From positions 1-64,000 of the IMG/VR virus record IMGVR_UViG_3300025120_014916: a stretch of 64,000 nucleotides of DNA, one strand, 5' to 3'. The stretch is from a virus. Under the pieces are notes generated by a model. The model worked only from the letters and a program-made list of their open reading frames with translations, was not told the origin of the DNA and made no database searches. Positions 1 to 9,695 of this stretch are shown here, piece by piece. Position numbers and translations under genes: made by a program. The stretch's first letter is position 1. Each line of letters opens with the position of its first letter.

Positions 1-332
1 AAAGTTGCATCCGGATCCATATAACGCATACCTTCTTCGCCAAAAGTAAATAATATTGCGCCGCAACTCATAGCTTTACCTTCAACTATTGTTGCAACGG
101 GTAATTCTGATGCTTTGATTGCCGCTATCATACTCATTAAAGAATAAACTTGACCGCCGTAACTGTCAATAATAATAGGGATTACTTTTTGTCCCGTATT
201 ATGTGCTAATGACATTTGTGATGCAAATTCTTTTGCACTTTCCTCATCAAACTTATTAACCCTGATTATAACAGGATTGTGTCTCAATTCAAGCTCTTTT
301 ACCTGTTTATCGATATTTAATTTCCACAACAT
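1..332 (-). CDS. clpP: ClpP-like serine protease (3' end runs off the window)
   Basis: Not in the ORF track. Hand translation from ATG at 332 gives MLWKLNIDKQVKELELRHNPVIIRVNKFDEESAKEF...IIIDSYGGQVYSLMSMI...TIVEGKAMSCGAILFTFGEEGMRYMDPDAT. DSYGG and AMSCG align with the ClpP NSPGG and AASMG (catalytic Ser) motifs. The His/Asp residues would lie beyond the edge. Confidence 0.8.
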   Translation of the reverse strand, partial: MLWKLNIDKQVKELELRHNPVIIRVNKFDEESAKEFASQMSLAHNTGQKVIPIIIDSYGGQVYSLMSMIAAIKASELPVATIVEGKAMSCGAILFTFGEEGMRYMDPDAT

Positions 333-350
333 ATTAATTCCTTTTTTTAT

Positions 351-2831
351 TTATGAACACTTAGACTGACCGCAAGAAGCACATGTAACACATCCTTCTT
401 GATATATTAAGGCATCTTCAGCTCCGCATATCTCGCAAATTTTATCACTGGGGATTGTACCGTCAACAATATAATTCTTTAAGCATCTAGCGATAACTTT
501 AGAAAAACTAAACAAATCTGACTCTCTATCTTTTTGCATTTGCTCAACCAAGAACTGAACAGGTACACCATGCCTTAAAGAAGTTGAAATAACTCTTGTG
601 TATCCTGCATGATTAGGGTTGTCAAAGACGTTAACAACGCCTTTAATAGTTAACGTATCATCATTTTGACCTAGTGTTAAATCATATTTACTATTTTGAG
701 TTTTAAAAACTCTTTTTGAAAGTATGCCTGTTTTATATTTTCTAGGTATCTCTATCTGATCTGCTTCACCACCAATAACTTCATAAGGTGCACCATTCAT
801 TAGACCTACAAGAACAACCCATTTTTGACCTTTAACAGAAGTATGATGAATGTCACATTCTAACATTTCAGGACGTTTTGGTGCATGTCTAGTAATTATT
901 GCTGTTTGGGATTCTTGCTGTTTCTCATCAGACGATACTAGAACACCACTTCGAGATCCATCGCGATAAACTGTTACACCCTTACAACCTAATTCCCAAC
1001 CCATCATATAAATATCTTTTACTGTTTCTACATCAATATCAGCAGGTAAGTTTGTTGTGTTTGAAATAGCATGACAGATCCATTTTTGTGCTGCGGCTTG
1101 TAATTTAACTTTTGATCGCCAATTTATCTCATTTGCAGTAGCTCCATCGTATGGGCTCTGTTGAACAGCCGCACTGAGTTCTAAATCATTATATTGGGCG
1201 TGCTTCATCCACGCTTTAAATGCATGATGATATACTGTAAATTCTGTCCATTCGTCACCTAGCTCGTCAGTAAACGTTACCTTTTCATTGTTTTGAACTT
1301 TTTTTCTTCTTTTGTAATAAAGCATAAATGCAGGTTCAATTCCTGATGTTGTCTGTGTAAGACATGACACGGAACCCGCGGGTGCTGTTGTTGTGTTTGC
1401 AATATTGCGTCGACCGTAATTGTAATAATCCTTTTTAACTTCAGGCGTTAATTCGCTAATAATTCGATTTAAAAAAGGATGATCAGATTCTTTTTCAGAA
1501 TCCCAAATAGGAAAAGAGCCTCTTTCTTTTGCTAACTGAATAGATTCTTCATACGATGCTAATGCCAACCATTTATATATTTCTTCAGTCGTTTGCACTG
1601 ATTTTTCTGATCCGTATTTCTGCCCTAGCATTGCGAGTGCGTCGCCTAATCCTGTTATTCCTAAGCCAGTCCTTCGACCATCTAGCGCAACATGTCTAAT
1701 CTTATTCCACAAATTTCTTTCGTAATATTTGACTGTGTCTGTTTCTGGGTCTCTATCAATTTTTTCTAGTATTTTGTCAATCTGCTCAACTTCTAGATCA
1801 ATCATATCATCCATGAGTCGTTGAGCTTTTTTAGCAATAATTCTAAAGTGACTATAGTCAAACTTTGCATTATTTGTCCACGGATCACTAATAAAAGAAG
1901 TTAGGTTAACTAACATTAGTCGACAGCTGTCATAAGGAGAAAGAATAATTTCTCCGCAAGGATTAGTCGACACAGATCCAAAGCCTTCTTCTGTGTATGC
2001 GTCAGAAGGCGTCATTCTTGTTGCTGTGTCCCAAAAAAGAACACCTGGCTCTGCAGAAGCATGTGCTGATTCAATCAATGCATTCCAAACTTCGTTTGCG
2101 TCGACGTATTTTGCTACTTCGGGTTCTCTACTGTCTACAGGCCATCGTTGTTGGTATGAATTGTTTGTTTTAACACAATCCATAAAGTCATCTGATACTC
2201 TAACAGAGATATTTGCACCTGTTACTTTTTTGAGATCACGCTTTATTTTAATAAAGTCCATAACTTGCGGGTGATGAACTGATATTGATAACATTAATGC
2301 GCCGCGCCGGCCCCCTTGAGCTACTTCACGACATGAGTTTGAAAACCTTTCTAAAAATACTTCAATACCATCAGTTGTTTTTGCAGCATTTGATGTATAC
2401 ATGCCTTTTGGTCTAATTGTAGATATATCAAATCCTACACCGCCGCGTCTTTTCATAATCTGGACTTGTTCTTGATCAGTCTTTAAAATACCGGCGTAAG
2501 AATCAGCAGGTGGTTCAATAACAAAGCAGTTAGACAAAGATTGTATTTTTGCTTTATTTCCGATACCACTCATTGGTGATCCTTGTGGAATAATATATTT
2601 AAAGTCTTTAAATAGACTGTATATGTCTTCATAATACATAGAATTTTCGTATTTTGCTTCAATTCCCGCAAATTCTGATGCTAGTCTTGAATGCATATCA
2701 TCTGGTGTTAATTCCAAATAATTTCCTTCTGCATCTTGAAGTGCATATTTGCCGGCAAAAACTGATGCAGCTAACTCGTCGCCCTTAAAATAGTCTAAAG
2801 ATGATTCATATACTTGTTGATAGTTGTACAT
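351..2831 (-). CDS. nrdJ: Class II (adenosylcobalamin-dependent) ribonucleotide reductase
   Basis: SNCFVI, GGVGFD, GRRGA, TNPCGE (thiyl radical Cys), APAGSVS, SGIEP and GCKGVTVYRDGSR (no class I YY pair). C-terminal TSCPD-like and Zn-ribbon region CEICG...CVTCASCGQSKC. Confidence 0.93.
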   Translation of the reverse strand: MYNYQQVYESSLDYFKGDELAASVFAGKYALQDAEGNYLELTPDDMHSRLASEFAGIEAKYENSMYYEDIYSLFKDFKYIIPQGSPMSGIGNKAKIQSLSNCFVIEPPADSYAGILKTDQEQVQIMKRRGGVGFDISTIRPKGMYTSNAAKTTDGIEVFLERFSNSCREVAQGGRRGALMLSISVHHPQVMDFIKIKRDLKKVTGANISVRVSDDFMDCVKTNNSYQQRWPVDSREPEVAKYVDANEVWNALIESAHASAEPGVLFWDTATRMTPSDAYTEEGFGSVSTNPCGEIILSPYDSCRLMLVNLTSFISDPWTNNAKFDYSHFRIIAKKAQRLMDDMIDLEVEQIDKILEKIDRDPETDTVKYYERNLWNKIRHVALDGRRTGLGITGLGDALAMLGQKYGSEKSVQTTEEIYKWLALASYEESIQLAKERGSFPIWDSEKESDHPFLNRIISELTPEVKKDYYNYGRRNIANTTTAPAGSVSCLTQTTSGIEPAFMLYYKRRKKVQNNEKVTFTDELGDEWTEFTVYHHAFKAWMKHAQYNDLELSAAVQQSPYDGATANEINWRSKVKLQAAAQKWICHAISNTTNLPADIDVETVKDIYMMGWELGCKGVTVYRDGSRSGVLVSSDEKQQESQTAIITRHAPKRPEMLECDIHHTSVKGQKWVVLVGLMNGAPYEVIGGEADQIEIPRKYKTGILSKRVFKTQNSKYDLTLGQNDDTLTIKGVVNVFDNPNHAGYTRVISTSLRHGVPVQFLVEQMQKDRESDLFSFSKVIARCLKNYIVDGTIPSDKICEICGAEDALIYQEGCVTCASCGQSKCS

Positions 2832-2843
2832 TGATACTCCGAT

Positions 2844-4238
2844 TTACTTACCTGTTATTTCTTTCCATTTTGATTTTAACATGTCTTTTGTTCCTGTGTT
2901 CTTACTTTCTAATATTTGTATAGCAGATAATTCTGATGGATCATCAATGACAGTTATTTTTGATTTTGCGCAATCAATTCTTACAGGAAAAAGTATTCCG
3001 TCCTTACCCGCTCTATTTTTTGCAACAAAAAGCCTACCTGCACCCGTTGCTTTTTCGAGTTGTTTTCTAGATAAAGAAACGACAACATCAGCGACCATTG
3101 CCTTACCATAAGCTTCTGACATGCTGTCTAGGCCTACAACTTCTTTTTCAGAAGCCTCTCTATTTGCCTGTGATGCAGTCCATACAGGAATTTTCATTTC
3201 CATTGCTAGGTTTCTTAATTCTTCATATATCAACTTTAATTCATGTCTTAATGAGTCATAACTTCTAGTTGATCGCATAATATCAGCATAGTCTATTATT
3301 ATCAAACTAGGAATAAAATCTTTCATTGCTAATTTTTCTAAATGATTTCTAATAGTCATAACGCTAGCTGAACCGGTTGGATATTCTTTGATAATTAAGC
3401 GGCCAAATTTATTATCATTATACATACTTAAGACTTCTTCTTTTCTGTCCTGAACTTCAGAAGATGATATATCACATAAGTTACTATCATATCTTACACC
3501 TACCGCGGTTTCTGTTAACTCAAAAGTATAATGAACTACGTTTTTTCCTGCCTTTAAAGCTGCAGCTCCTACATTGACAAGCCAGTGAGATTTACCTACA
3601 CCAGTCGGTGCTGTGATTACTCCTATCTCTCCTCTTGCTAAGCCTCCATTTAAAACATCTTTTTTATCCAGCTGGGGTATTCCTGTCGGGCATGTAATCC
3701 TTGTAAGTTTTGTGAATCTTGCTTCGTAGTCTTCAAAGAAAACATGACCGGTTGTTGACTTTGCGCCTTTTGCCAGTGCGTCTTTCATAATACTTAATAC
3801 AGACTCGTAATTTTCATTACTAATTGCTAGCACGGATTCTTCAAGTGCCTGCTTTAAAACCTGCTTTTTGCAAAAGTCTAGTGCTTTTTCTTTAACATAC
3901 TTTAGATCACCTAGGTTTGGAGAGCTTTTTAATCTTGAAAGAAATTCAATAACTTGTTCTCTTAGTATGACATCATTACCTGTTGTCAGTTCTTCTCTAA
4001 TAATAGAAACAAGAAGTTGTCGTGTTGGAAAGTTTTTGTACTTGTTGTGAAAGCCAAAAAATCTTGTGCCTAAGTACTGAAGATATTTGATTTCAAAGTA
4101 ATCAGCTGTCATTACTTCCATCATCTGGCTTGCCCAAGTATGATCTGTTAGAAGGGCTTGAAAAATTCTTTCTTGAAAATCTTTGCCGTATTTTGAAAAA
4201 TACGTATTTTGTTCTGTTGCTGTCATGTATGCATTCAT
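2844..4238 (-). CDS. dnaB: Replicative DNA helicase, DnaB/T4 gp41-like
   Basis: Walker A APTGVGKS, YTFEL, IIIDYAD, TASQANR, KNRAG. Confidence 0.92.
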   Translation of the reverse strand: MNAYMTATEQNTYFSKYGKDFQERIFQALLTDHTWASQMMEVMTADYFEIKYLQYLGTRFFGFHNKYKNFPTRQLLVSIIREELTTGNDVILREQVIEFLSRLKSSPNLGDLKYVKEKALDFCKKQVLKQALEESVLAISNENYESVLSIMKDALAKGAKSTTGHVFFEDYEARFTKLTRITCPTGIPQLDKKDVLNGGLARGEIGVITAPTGVGKSHWLVNVGAAALKAGKNVVHYTFELTETAVGVRYDSNLCDISSSEVQDRKEEVLSMYNDNKFGRLIIKEYPTGSASVMTIRNHLEKLAMKDFIPSLIIIDYADIMRSTRSYDSLRHELKLIYEELRNLAMEMKIPVWTASQANREASEKEVVGLDSMSEAYGKAMVADVVVSLSRKQLEKATGAGRLFVAKNRAGKDGILFPVRIDCAKSKITVIDDPSELSAIQILESKNTGTKDMLKSKWKEITGK

Positions 4239-4252
4239 TTTGTTCCTAGGAT

Positions 4253-5206
4253 TTAGTATTTTTTAAATAATATTTTAGCTTTTAGTAAGTCAATATTTAA
4301 TATGCCATTTTCATTTAATAATTTATGCGCACTCATATTATTCATTGTTTTCTTGGGATTTTCAACTTTTTCATTAATTTTTTGTACCTGGTGCGATACA
4401 AGATTATGCATATCCAAGTGAACTAGCCGCCAATTTCTTTTAATCAAGTCTTGCGTTTCTACTTTTAAAAGTTCATTGACAATTTTTAGTTTTTTAATCT
4501 TTGAAATTTCTGTTACGTCTTTAAAGAAATCTGTCATTAAGTAGTCTGCTTCTAAAGAAAATTTAGGAAAATATTTTGTTAAAGTCTTGTAAGATAATCC
4601 TCTTACACCCGGGATATTGTCACTACTGTCTCCTGTTATACATTTTGCAAGACAAAAATTGTTTGGATGCACCTTAAATCTTTCTATTACTTTTGCACTA
4701 TTAACAAATGATTTAAGTGTAGGCGACCAAATAATTAGTTTATCATTGATTAATTGATAGAAATCATGATCAGCAGATATTATGACTTTGTGATGGTTGT
4801 TTAGCTTATATTTTGCCATGTACCCAATGGCGTCGTCAGCTTCAGCATCTTCTACGTATATCTGAGTTATTGGAAAGCTATCTAAAAGTGATATCAACGT
4901 TTTAATTTGATAATTTCTATTTTGAATGGTGTCGGGTATGTCCTCGTAGTACCTATTAAGCTTAGCTGGCCTTCTACCTTTTTTATATTCTGGATATAAA
5001 TCTCTTTTTCTTTTAGACCCACCGCTTTCCCATATAACGTAAATATGCTCTGGATTTATTCTTTCTACTAGCCTAATAACATTATTAAAAAAACCAACAA
5101 CACCTCCAATTTGTTCACCATTTTTTGACATGCCTGGATGCGCGACATAATGTCTAGTGAACAAATTGTAAGCGTCTATGATAATTACACGATTAGAGAT
5201 CGACAT
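4253..5206 (-). CDS. 5'-3' exonuclease / flap endonuclease (Pol I N-terminal domain or T4 RNase H-like)
   Basis: IIIDAYN, YPEYKKGR, EADDAIG, ISADHDFYQL and the helix-turn-helix GDSSDNIPGVRGL. Confidence 0.92.
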   Translation of the reverse strand: MSISNRVIIIDAYNLFTRHYVAHPGMSKNGEQIGGVVGFFNNVIRLVERINPEHIYVIWESGGSKRKRDLYPEYKKGRRPAKLNRYYEDIPDTIQNRNYQIKTLISLLDSFPITQIYVEDAEADDAIGYMAKYKLNNHHKVIISADHDFYQLINDKLIIWSPTLKSFVNSAKVIERFKVHPNNFCLAKCITGDSSDNIPGVRGLSYKTLTKYFPKFSLEADYLMTDFFKDVTEISKIKKLKIVNELLKVETQDLIKRNWRLVHLDMHNLVSHQVQKINEKVENPKKTMNNMSAHKLLNENGILNIDLLKAKILFKKY

Positions 5207-6347
5207 CTAGCTCGTCCGCAAGTGCTTTAATTTCTTCGTAAGACTCAGGATTAATATCTATCCCCTCGTCAGAATTTAAAAGTTTAACCATTGCTTTTTC
5301 AATCAAACCGTCTAAATAAACAGAATATTGTCTATCATTTAATAATTCGTTAAACTCTGTTTTTCTAAACTTCTTTTCTAAAATAATCTCACCAGAGTTT
5401 TTTTCTACAACAGACATGTGTTTCCATCCGCCCGTACCACTTACTTTTACAATATACTCATCAACTATTTCTTCACCATGTTTTCTAAGAAGATCAAAAA
5501 GTTCTTCATGCTCAACGATTCCTTTTCCAAAGTGTATTTGAAAATTAACCTTTCTAAAAGGTGGCGCAACTTTATTTTTAACAGTTTTTGCCCAAACTTG
5601 AATACCTATGACATCATCACCATCTTTAATTTGTTGTCCTGCTCCGAGCTTAATCCTAATTGACGAATGAAAAGGTATTGCCTTTCCTCCCGGTGTTGTG
5701 TCAGGGTCACCGTACATTACACCAATTTTTGTTCTTATCTGATTTAGAATAACAAAAAGTGAATTTGTTTGACCAATTACACCCGTAATCTTTCGCATAC
5801 CTTTCGATATTGCTCTTGCTTGTAATCCTATTGTTTCTTTATCATAGTCACCTAAAAGTTCTGCTTTTGGCGAGGATGCTGCTACTGAATCCCAAACAAT
5901 TGTTACTGGAATATCTTTGTTTAAAGCTTTTGCTTTTAAAATTGTTTTTTCTGCAATTGAGAGTACTTCTTCTGTACAGTGTGTATCAACGTAAACAAAT
6001 CTATTTGAAACGTCTACGCCCAAAGATCCTAAATTTTCAACAGACGTTGCATTTTCTGTGTCTATGTAAACTACAATACCTCCCATAGCTTGTGTACTTC
6101 TTGCGATTTGTGTTGCGATATGAGACTTTCCAATACTAGGCGGGCCAAATATTTCTACAATTCTACCTTCAGGAAAGCCTCCGTTCTTTCTATTCGCACA
6201 AATATAATCTAACATTTTAGATCCTGTGCTGATCCATCGTTTGACATGAGTCGGGCTTTCATCTTCTGAAAGATTATAAGCGACTCTTGTACCGTGATCT
6301 TTGTTTAACGACTTGATCAAGTCTTTCGTAAAGTTATCAGATGACAT
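5193..6347 (-). CDS. recA: RecA-family recombinase (bacterial-like sequence)
   Basis: GRIVEIFGPPSIGKS, YIDTEN, IVWDSVAA, GLQARAISKGMRK, NQIRTKIGVMYGDPDTTPGG. Confidence 0.95.
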   Translation of the reverse strand: MSSDNFTKDLIKSLNKDHGTRVAYNLSEDESPTHVKRWISTGSKMLDYICANRKNGGFPEGRIVEIFGPPSIGKSHIATQIARSTQAMGGIVVYIDTENATSVENLGSLGVDVSNRFVYVDTHCTEEVLSIAEKTILKAKALNKDIPVTIVWDSVAASSPKAELLGDYDKETIGLQARAISKGMRKITGVIGQTNSLFVILNQIRTKIGVMYGDPDTTPGGKAIPFHSSIRIKLGAGQQIKDGDDVIGIQVWAKTVKNKVAPPFRKVNFQIHFGKGIVEHEELFDLLRKHGEEIVDEYIVKVSGTGGWKHMSVVEKNSGEIILEKKFRKTEFNELLNDRQYSVYLDGLIEKAMVKLLNSDEGIDINPESYEEIKALADELDVDL

Positions 6348-6366
6348 ATTTTCTCCGTTTGTTTTT

Positions 6367-6396
6367 ATTATACACTTGCTGCTAATAGATTTTCAA
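6367..6396 (-). promoter_or_regulatory. Sigma70-like promoter upstream of recA
   Basis: Minus strand TTGAAA-N18-TATAAT, 20 nt upstream of the recA ATG. Confidence 0.65.
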
Positions 6397-6427
6397 ATAA
6401 AAAGGGAGGTAAAATTAATTACCTCCC
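6395..6427 (-). terminator. Rho-independent terminator after ssb
   Basis: GGGAGGTAA-6 nt loop-TTACCTCCC followed by TTTTTATTT. Confidence 0.85.
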
Positions 6428-6448
6428 CCAGATAAAATAATTAATTAA

Positions 6449-7225
6449 TTATTCCATCAAATCTGCAAATGCATCATCTAAACTTCCGTAAGATCCTGAC
6501 TTGTCTTTTGTTTTAGTATCATTGCTAGTATCAGTAGTTGATGAACGTTCAGTGCCCGTATCATCTTCTTCATCACCTGCCAACCAATCATTAATGATTT
6601 TGCTTAGCTCATCATATGACTTAAGCTGGAAAATACTTTCTACGTCAGGAAGATTATCCATCCACTCTTTTGCTTGTTTTGTACTCGAAGCTAGCTTAGT
6701 TTCTCTACCTCGAGGAGTTACTTCTGTCATTGCCCATTGTTGGCCTGGATTTTTACTGCAAACAACATTAATATCTCTACCGGTCGTAGGATCAGTAATA
6801 TCTCCGTAGTCTTCATCGAGCATTAATGCTAAAAGCTTTTGATAAACTGTCTTACCAAATCCCCAAAGTTTTACGCCTTCGCCCTCTTCTCCTCTTACTA
6901 CACATGCGGCATAAACTCTCATTTTTGGATACAACTTCTTTGCCATTTCATAGCTTTCTTTTGTACCTTCATCACGAAGCTTATTGATCAATTCCTGAAT
7001 TGGATCCTTTTTGCCAAATTGAGACGGCGCCAAGAGGCCTCTTTGACCGGGAATATTATAATAAAACATCATTTCTTTAAAAGGCTGCCCATCATTATCA
7101 GGAAAGCTTAAAAGACGAACTGTGTGTTTTTCACCTTCTACCGGTTTCCACATTGAGTTCCTGCTGCTGTTATTGCCGCTTAGTCTGTCTAGTTTACGTT
7201 TAATAGCATCAAAATCGATTGCCAT
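6449..7225 (-). CDS. Single-stranded DNA-binding protein, T4 gp32-like
   Basis: MAIDFDAIKRKL...WKP...VRLL...PF...FYY, VVRGEE..GVKLWGFGK, acidic tail SLDDAFADLME. I prefer the ATG at 7225 (GGAG 7 nt upstream) over the track's TTG at 7237. Confidence 0.82.
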   Translation of the reverse strand: MAIDFDAIKRKLDRLSGNNSSRNSMWKPVEGEKHTVRLLSFPDNDGQPFKEMMFYYNIPGQRGLLAPSQFGKKDPIQELINKLRDEGTKESYEMAKKLYPKMRVYAACVVRGEEGEGVKLWGFGKTVYQKLLALMLDEDYGDITDPTTGRDINVVCSKNPGQQWAMTEVTPRGRETKLASSTKQAKEWMDNLPDVESIFQLKSYDELSKIINDWLAGDEEDDTGTERSSTTDTSNDTKTKDKSGSYGSLDDAFADLME

Positions 7226-7284
7226 GATTATCTCCAATTTTTTAATTTTTAATTTGCAATAGTTATTTTTTTTATTGCTTAAGC

Positions 7285-7313
7285 ATTATACCTAAACAGT
7301 ACTCATTATACAA
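7285..7313 (-). promoter_or_regulatory. Sigma70-like promoter upstream of ssb
   Basis: TTGTAT-N17-TATAAT. Confidence 0.65.
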
Positions 7314-7339
7314 ATTAATTATAAAAATATTAACAATCT

Positions 7340-8659
7340 TTAACTTCTTGTTCTACCGGTGGTTTTTAATTTCCAGTCTTGTAATCTTTGAAGATCTTCT
7401 TTGAGCGTCATTAACTTTTTTTGTTGAGCTTTTGTTGGTGACTTTAAAGAAGTTGCATAGCCGCCAACTGCATGTTCTTCGACATCTTCTAATTCTTCTT
7501 CATCTAGATCAGAATATAGGTCTAGATCTTCTTCTAAGTCTTCATCTATCCCATAATACGTAGATTCGCGTACGTTTGCTGCAATAGCTTTGTCTATCAT
7601 TGATTCTAAATTACTAGTTGTTATTTGGGATTTGGCTGCATCAACTGTTGCACCAGCAACATCTGCGATTGGTGATTTTCCGGTTTCTATTGCAGTATAA
7701 AATTCGCCTAATCGGGACATCGATCGGACGGGGTGTGTTAAGATTGCGAGGAAAATCGGACCTCCCTTATCTATGGCTTCACTCATTTTGCTACTTTCAT
7801 CTTTTTCTTTTTGCCCAAGAATAAAGTCAAACATTGCCTTAATCATTGTTGCAAGCTTACCTGTCAAGTCAAGCGCAAATCTTTCCCAAGGCACAGTATC
7901 AGCTACAAAACCAGCAATTGCAGTTGTGAGATTTGTCCCTGTTTCAGCAGCTGCTAGAGCAACAGGACCGCCAACAACGCCGGACGACGCGAACACAGAA
8001 TCATATGATTGAAATGCAGTAGTTATAAAAGTCTTTATGTTGTGAAGTAGATCTTCAAAGTGATCTTCTAGTTCTGCTCTTTCTTTTTCATCTAGACTAT
8101 TAACAACATTAATAATTTCTAGCCATGCTTCGTCATTTTCGCTAGATATTGCCTCAGCAAATGTATTTTCTTCAACACTGGGGACTAATTCAATAATATC
8201 ATCTGTCAGTTGTTTGAAACTACCGATACCCGAAACAAGCATCATGCTGCCAGCAATAGTATCGATAAAAGGTATTGATAATAAAGTGCTTTTTCCTGCA
8301 GCTTTTAATGCCCGGGCGCCATATTTTAATCCTGCGGCTGCTGTATCTAGTATCTCCCAATCTTCGTTAATTGCACTCAACGTTTCGTTTAATGAATATC
8401 CTGTGTTGTTTCTAACTCGGTATTTCAATATATTTTCAGGCATTAGATCTATTTCCTCTTCTGATTCTTCTGATTCTTCTGATTCTTCTTCTATGTCAAT
8501 TTTAACTTTTTTACTTCCTGCCCATGAGCTATATGAGCTAGAAGCTGAATCTGTCATTCCACCGGTGGAGCCTGCGTAGTAAGGTTGTTTTCCTTTAATA
8601 TGCGGTGCGTCTCCTCTTCCAGACGAAGGTGTTAAGTTAATTTCTTTTAGTTTTTTCAT
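7340..8659 (-). CDS. Hypothetical acidic protein, possible internal virion protein
   Basis: Long ORF with acidic N- and C-terminal tracts and a hydrophobic Ala/Gly-rich centre. Probable ATG at 8659, preceded by ATAATTAA (8664-8671). The track starts it at 8686. Confidence 0.75.
   Translation of the reverse strand: MKKLKEINLTPSSGRGDAPHIKGKQPYYAGSTGGMTDSASSSYSSWAGSKKVKIDIEEESEESEESEEEIDLMPENILKYRVRNNTGYSLNETLSAINEDWEILDTAAAGLKYGARALKAAGKSTLLSIPFIDTIAGSMMLVSGIGSFKQLTDDIIELVPSVEENTFAEAISSENDEAWLEIINVVNSLDEKERAELEDHFEDLLHNIKTFITTAFQSYDSVFASSGVVGGPVALAAAETGTNLTTAIAGFVADTVPWERFALDLTGKLATMIKAMFDFILGQKEKDESSKMSEAIDKGGPIFLAILTHPVRSMSRLGEFYTAIETGKSPIADVAGATVDAAKSQITTSNLESMIDKAIAANVRESTYYGIDEDLEEDLDLYSDLDEEELEDVEEHAVGGYATSLKSPTKAQQKKLMTLKEDLQRLQDWKLKTTGRTRS
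8459..8485. repeat. Coding tandem repeat, 9 bp x3 (EES EES EES)
   Basis: ttctgattc repeated three times exactly. Confidence 0.9.
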
Positions 8660-8663
8660 ATAG

Positions 8664-9695
8664 TTAATTATCAGCTTTAATTTCATTTATCTCAATAGGG
8701 ATAGATAAATTATCAGTGCCTAGTGATTTAAAATTATTTAAAGTGTTTATTTTTTCATTAGGCACAGAAAAAACAATTGCATCATGTATAACTGCATGCA
8801 GTTTAAAACTTGGGTTGTCATTTAAAAAGTTTAAAAAAGAAAGACAGCAAAAATCTACTGCCGATGATTGTATCCAATAATTAACAAGGTTTGTATCACT
8901 TAATATCGGTCTGTCATACAAGTTTTTAATAAAACCTTTTTTATTAAACTCTTTTTTAAGCATTAATTCAAAATCATCAACATTTAAAATTCTTTTGACT
9001 TCTTTTACTTTTTTTATGTTAATATTTGCGATTTTACTGATTGCTCTTTCATTTGCACCATACAAAATAGAAAGTACAATTCTCTTTAGTTTAGTTCTAT
9101 CACTTATGTTAATACCTATTTCTTTTGCGAGGTATGTATATATGTCTGTTGTTTCTTCTGGCACTAAATTAAAATACCTTGCGTATAAATTAGGTTCACA
9201 AGACTTAAAATCCAATTCAAACAATTGATGATCTTTAAAGGGGCTACGTAACTGCTTCTTGTGTTCTTTCTTCATTGTAAGGTAGTTAACACCACTTTCC
9301 ATAGAAAGTCTTCCTGTTACATTACTGTGTTTGTACACGGGTGGTTTATCACCGGTGCTTAAAACATGTATGTTTCTAAAAAGAGAAAGTCTTTTTGGAA
9401 ATGTTTCGTAAAAATAATTTGTTACATATTTTTCGCTTGAAATTATTTCTTTTTTTAAGTATGAAGAATACTTTGTTTTTTGTAATGCAGGCAAAAACCT
9501 TGACCAGTCAACAACTTGTCTGTTTAAAGAATCATGTATATTTTTGAAATATTCATCTATTGATTTTATTTTATTTAGCTTTAAAGTTTCTAAAATTGCA
9601 TTTACAGTTTTTATTGACAATGTGCGTGATTCATTATTTTTTATTCTTATTGTTTTGTTTTTAAAGTTGTATTCTTTAGTTAATAATAAATTCAT
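8664..9695 (-). CDS. Stand-alone, shortened family A DNA polymerase domain
   Basis: TGRLS, motif A DFKSCEP, motif B RTKLKRIVLSILYG, NYWIQSSAVD and motif C VIHDAIVF. Only 343 aa, with no exonuclease domains. Confidence 0.8.
   Translation of the reverse strand: MNLLLTKEYNFKNKTIRIKNNESRTLSIKTVNAILETLKLNKIKSIDEYFKNIHDSLNRQVVDWSRFLPALQKTKYSSYLKKEIISSEKYVTNYFYETFPKRLSLFRNIHVLSTGDKPPVYKHSNVTGRLSMESGVNYLTMKKEHKKQLRSPFKDHQLFELDFKSCEPNLYARYFNLVPEETTDIYTYLAKEIGINISDRTKLKRIVLSILYGANERAISKIANINIKKVKEVKRILNVDDFELMLKKEFNKKGFIKNLYDRPILSDTNLVNYWIQSSAVDFCCLSFLNFLNDNPSFKLHAVIHDAIVFSVPNEKINTLNNFKSLGTDNLSIPIEINEIKADN

Noticed and set aside
8459-8485. 9-bp tandem repeat as a phase-variation element
   Set aside because: The unit is a multiple of three, so copy changes would alter only an acidic linker.
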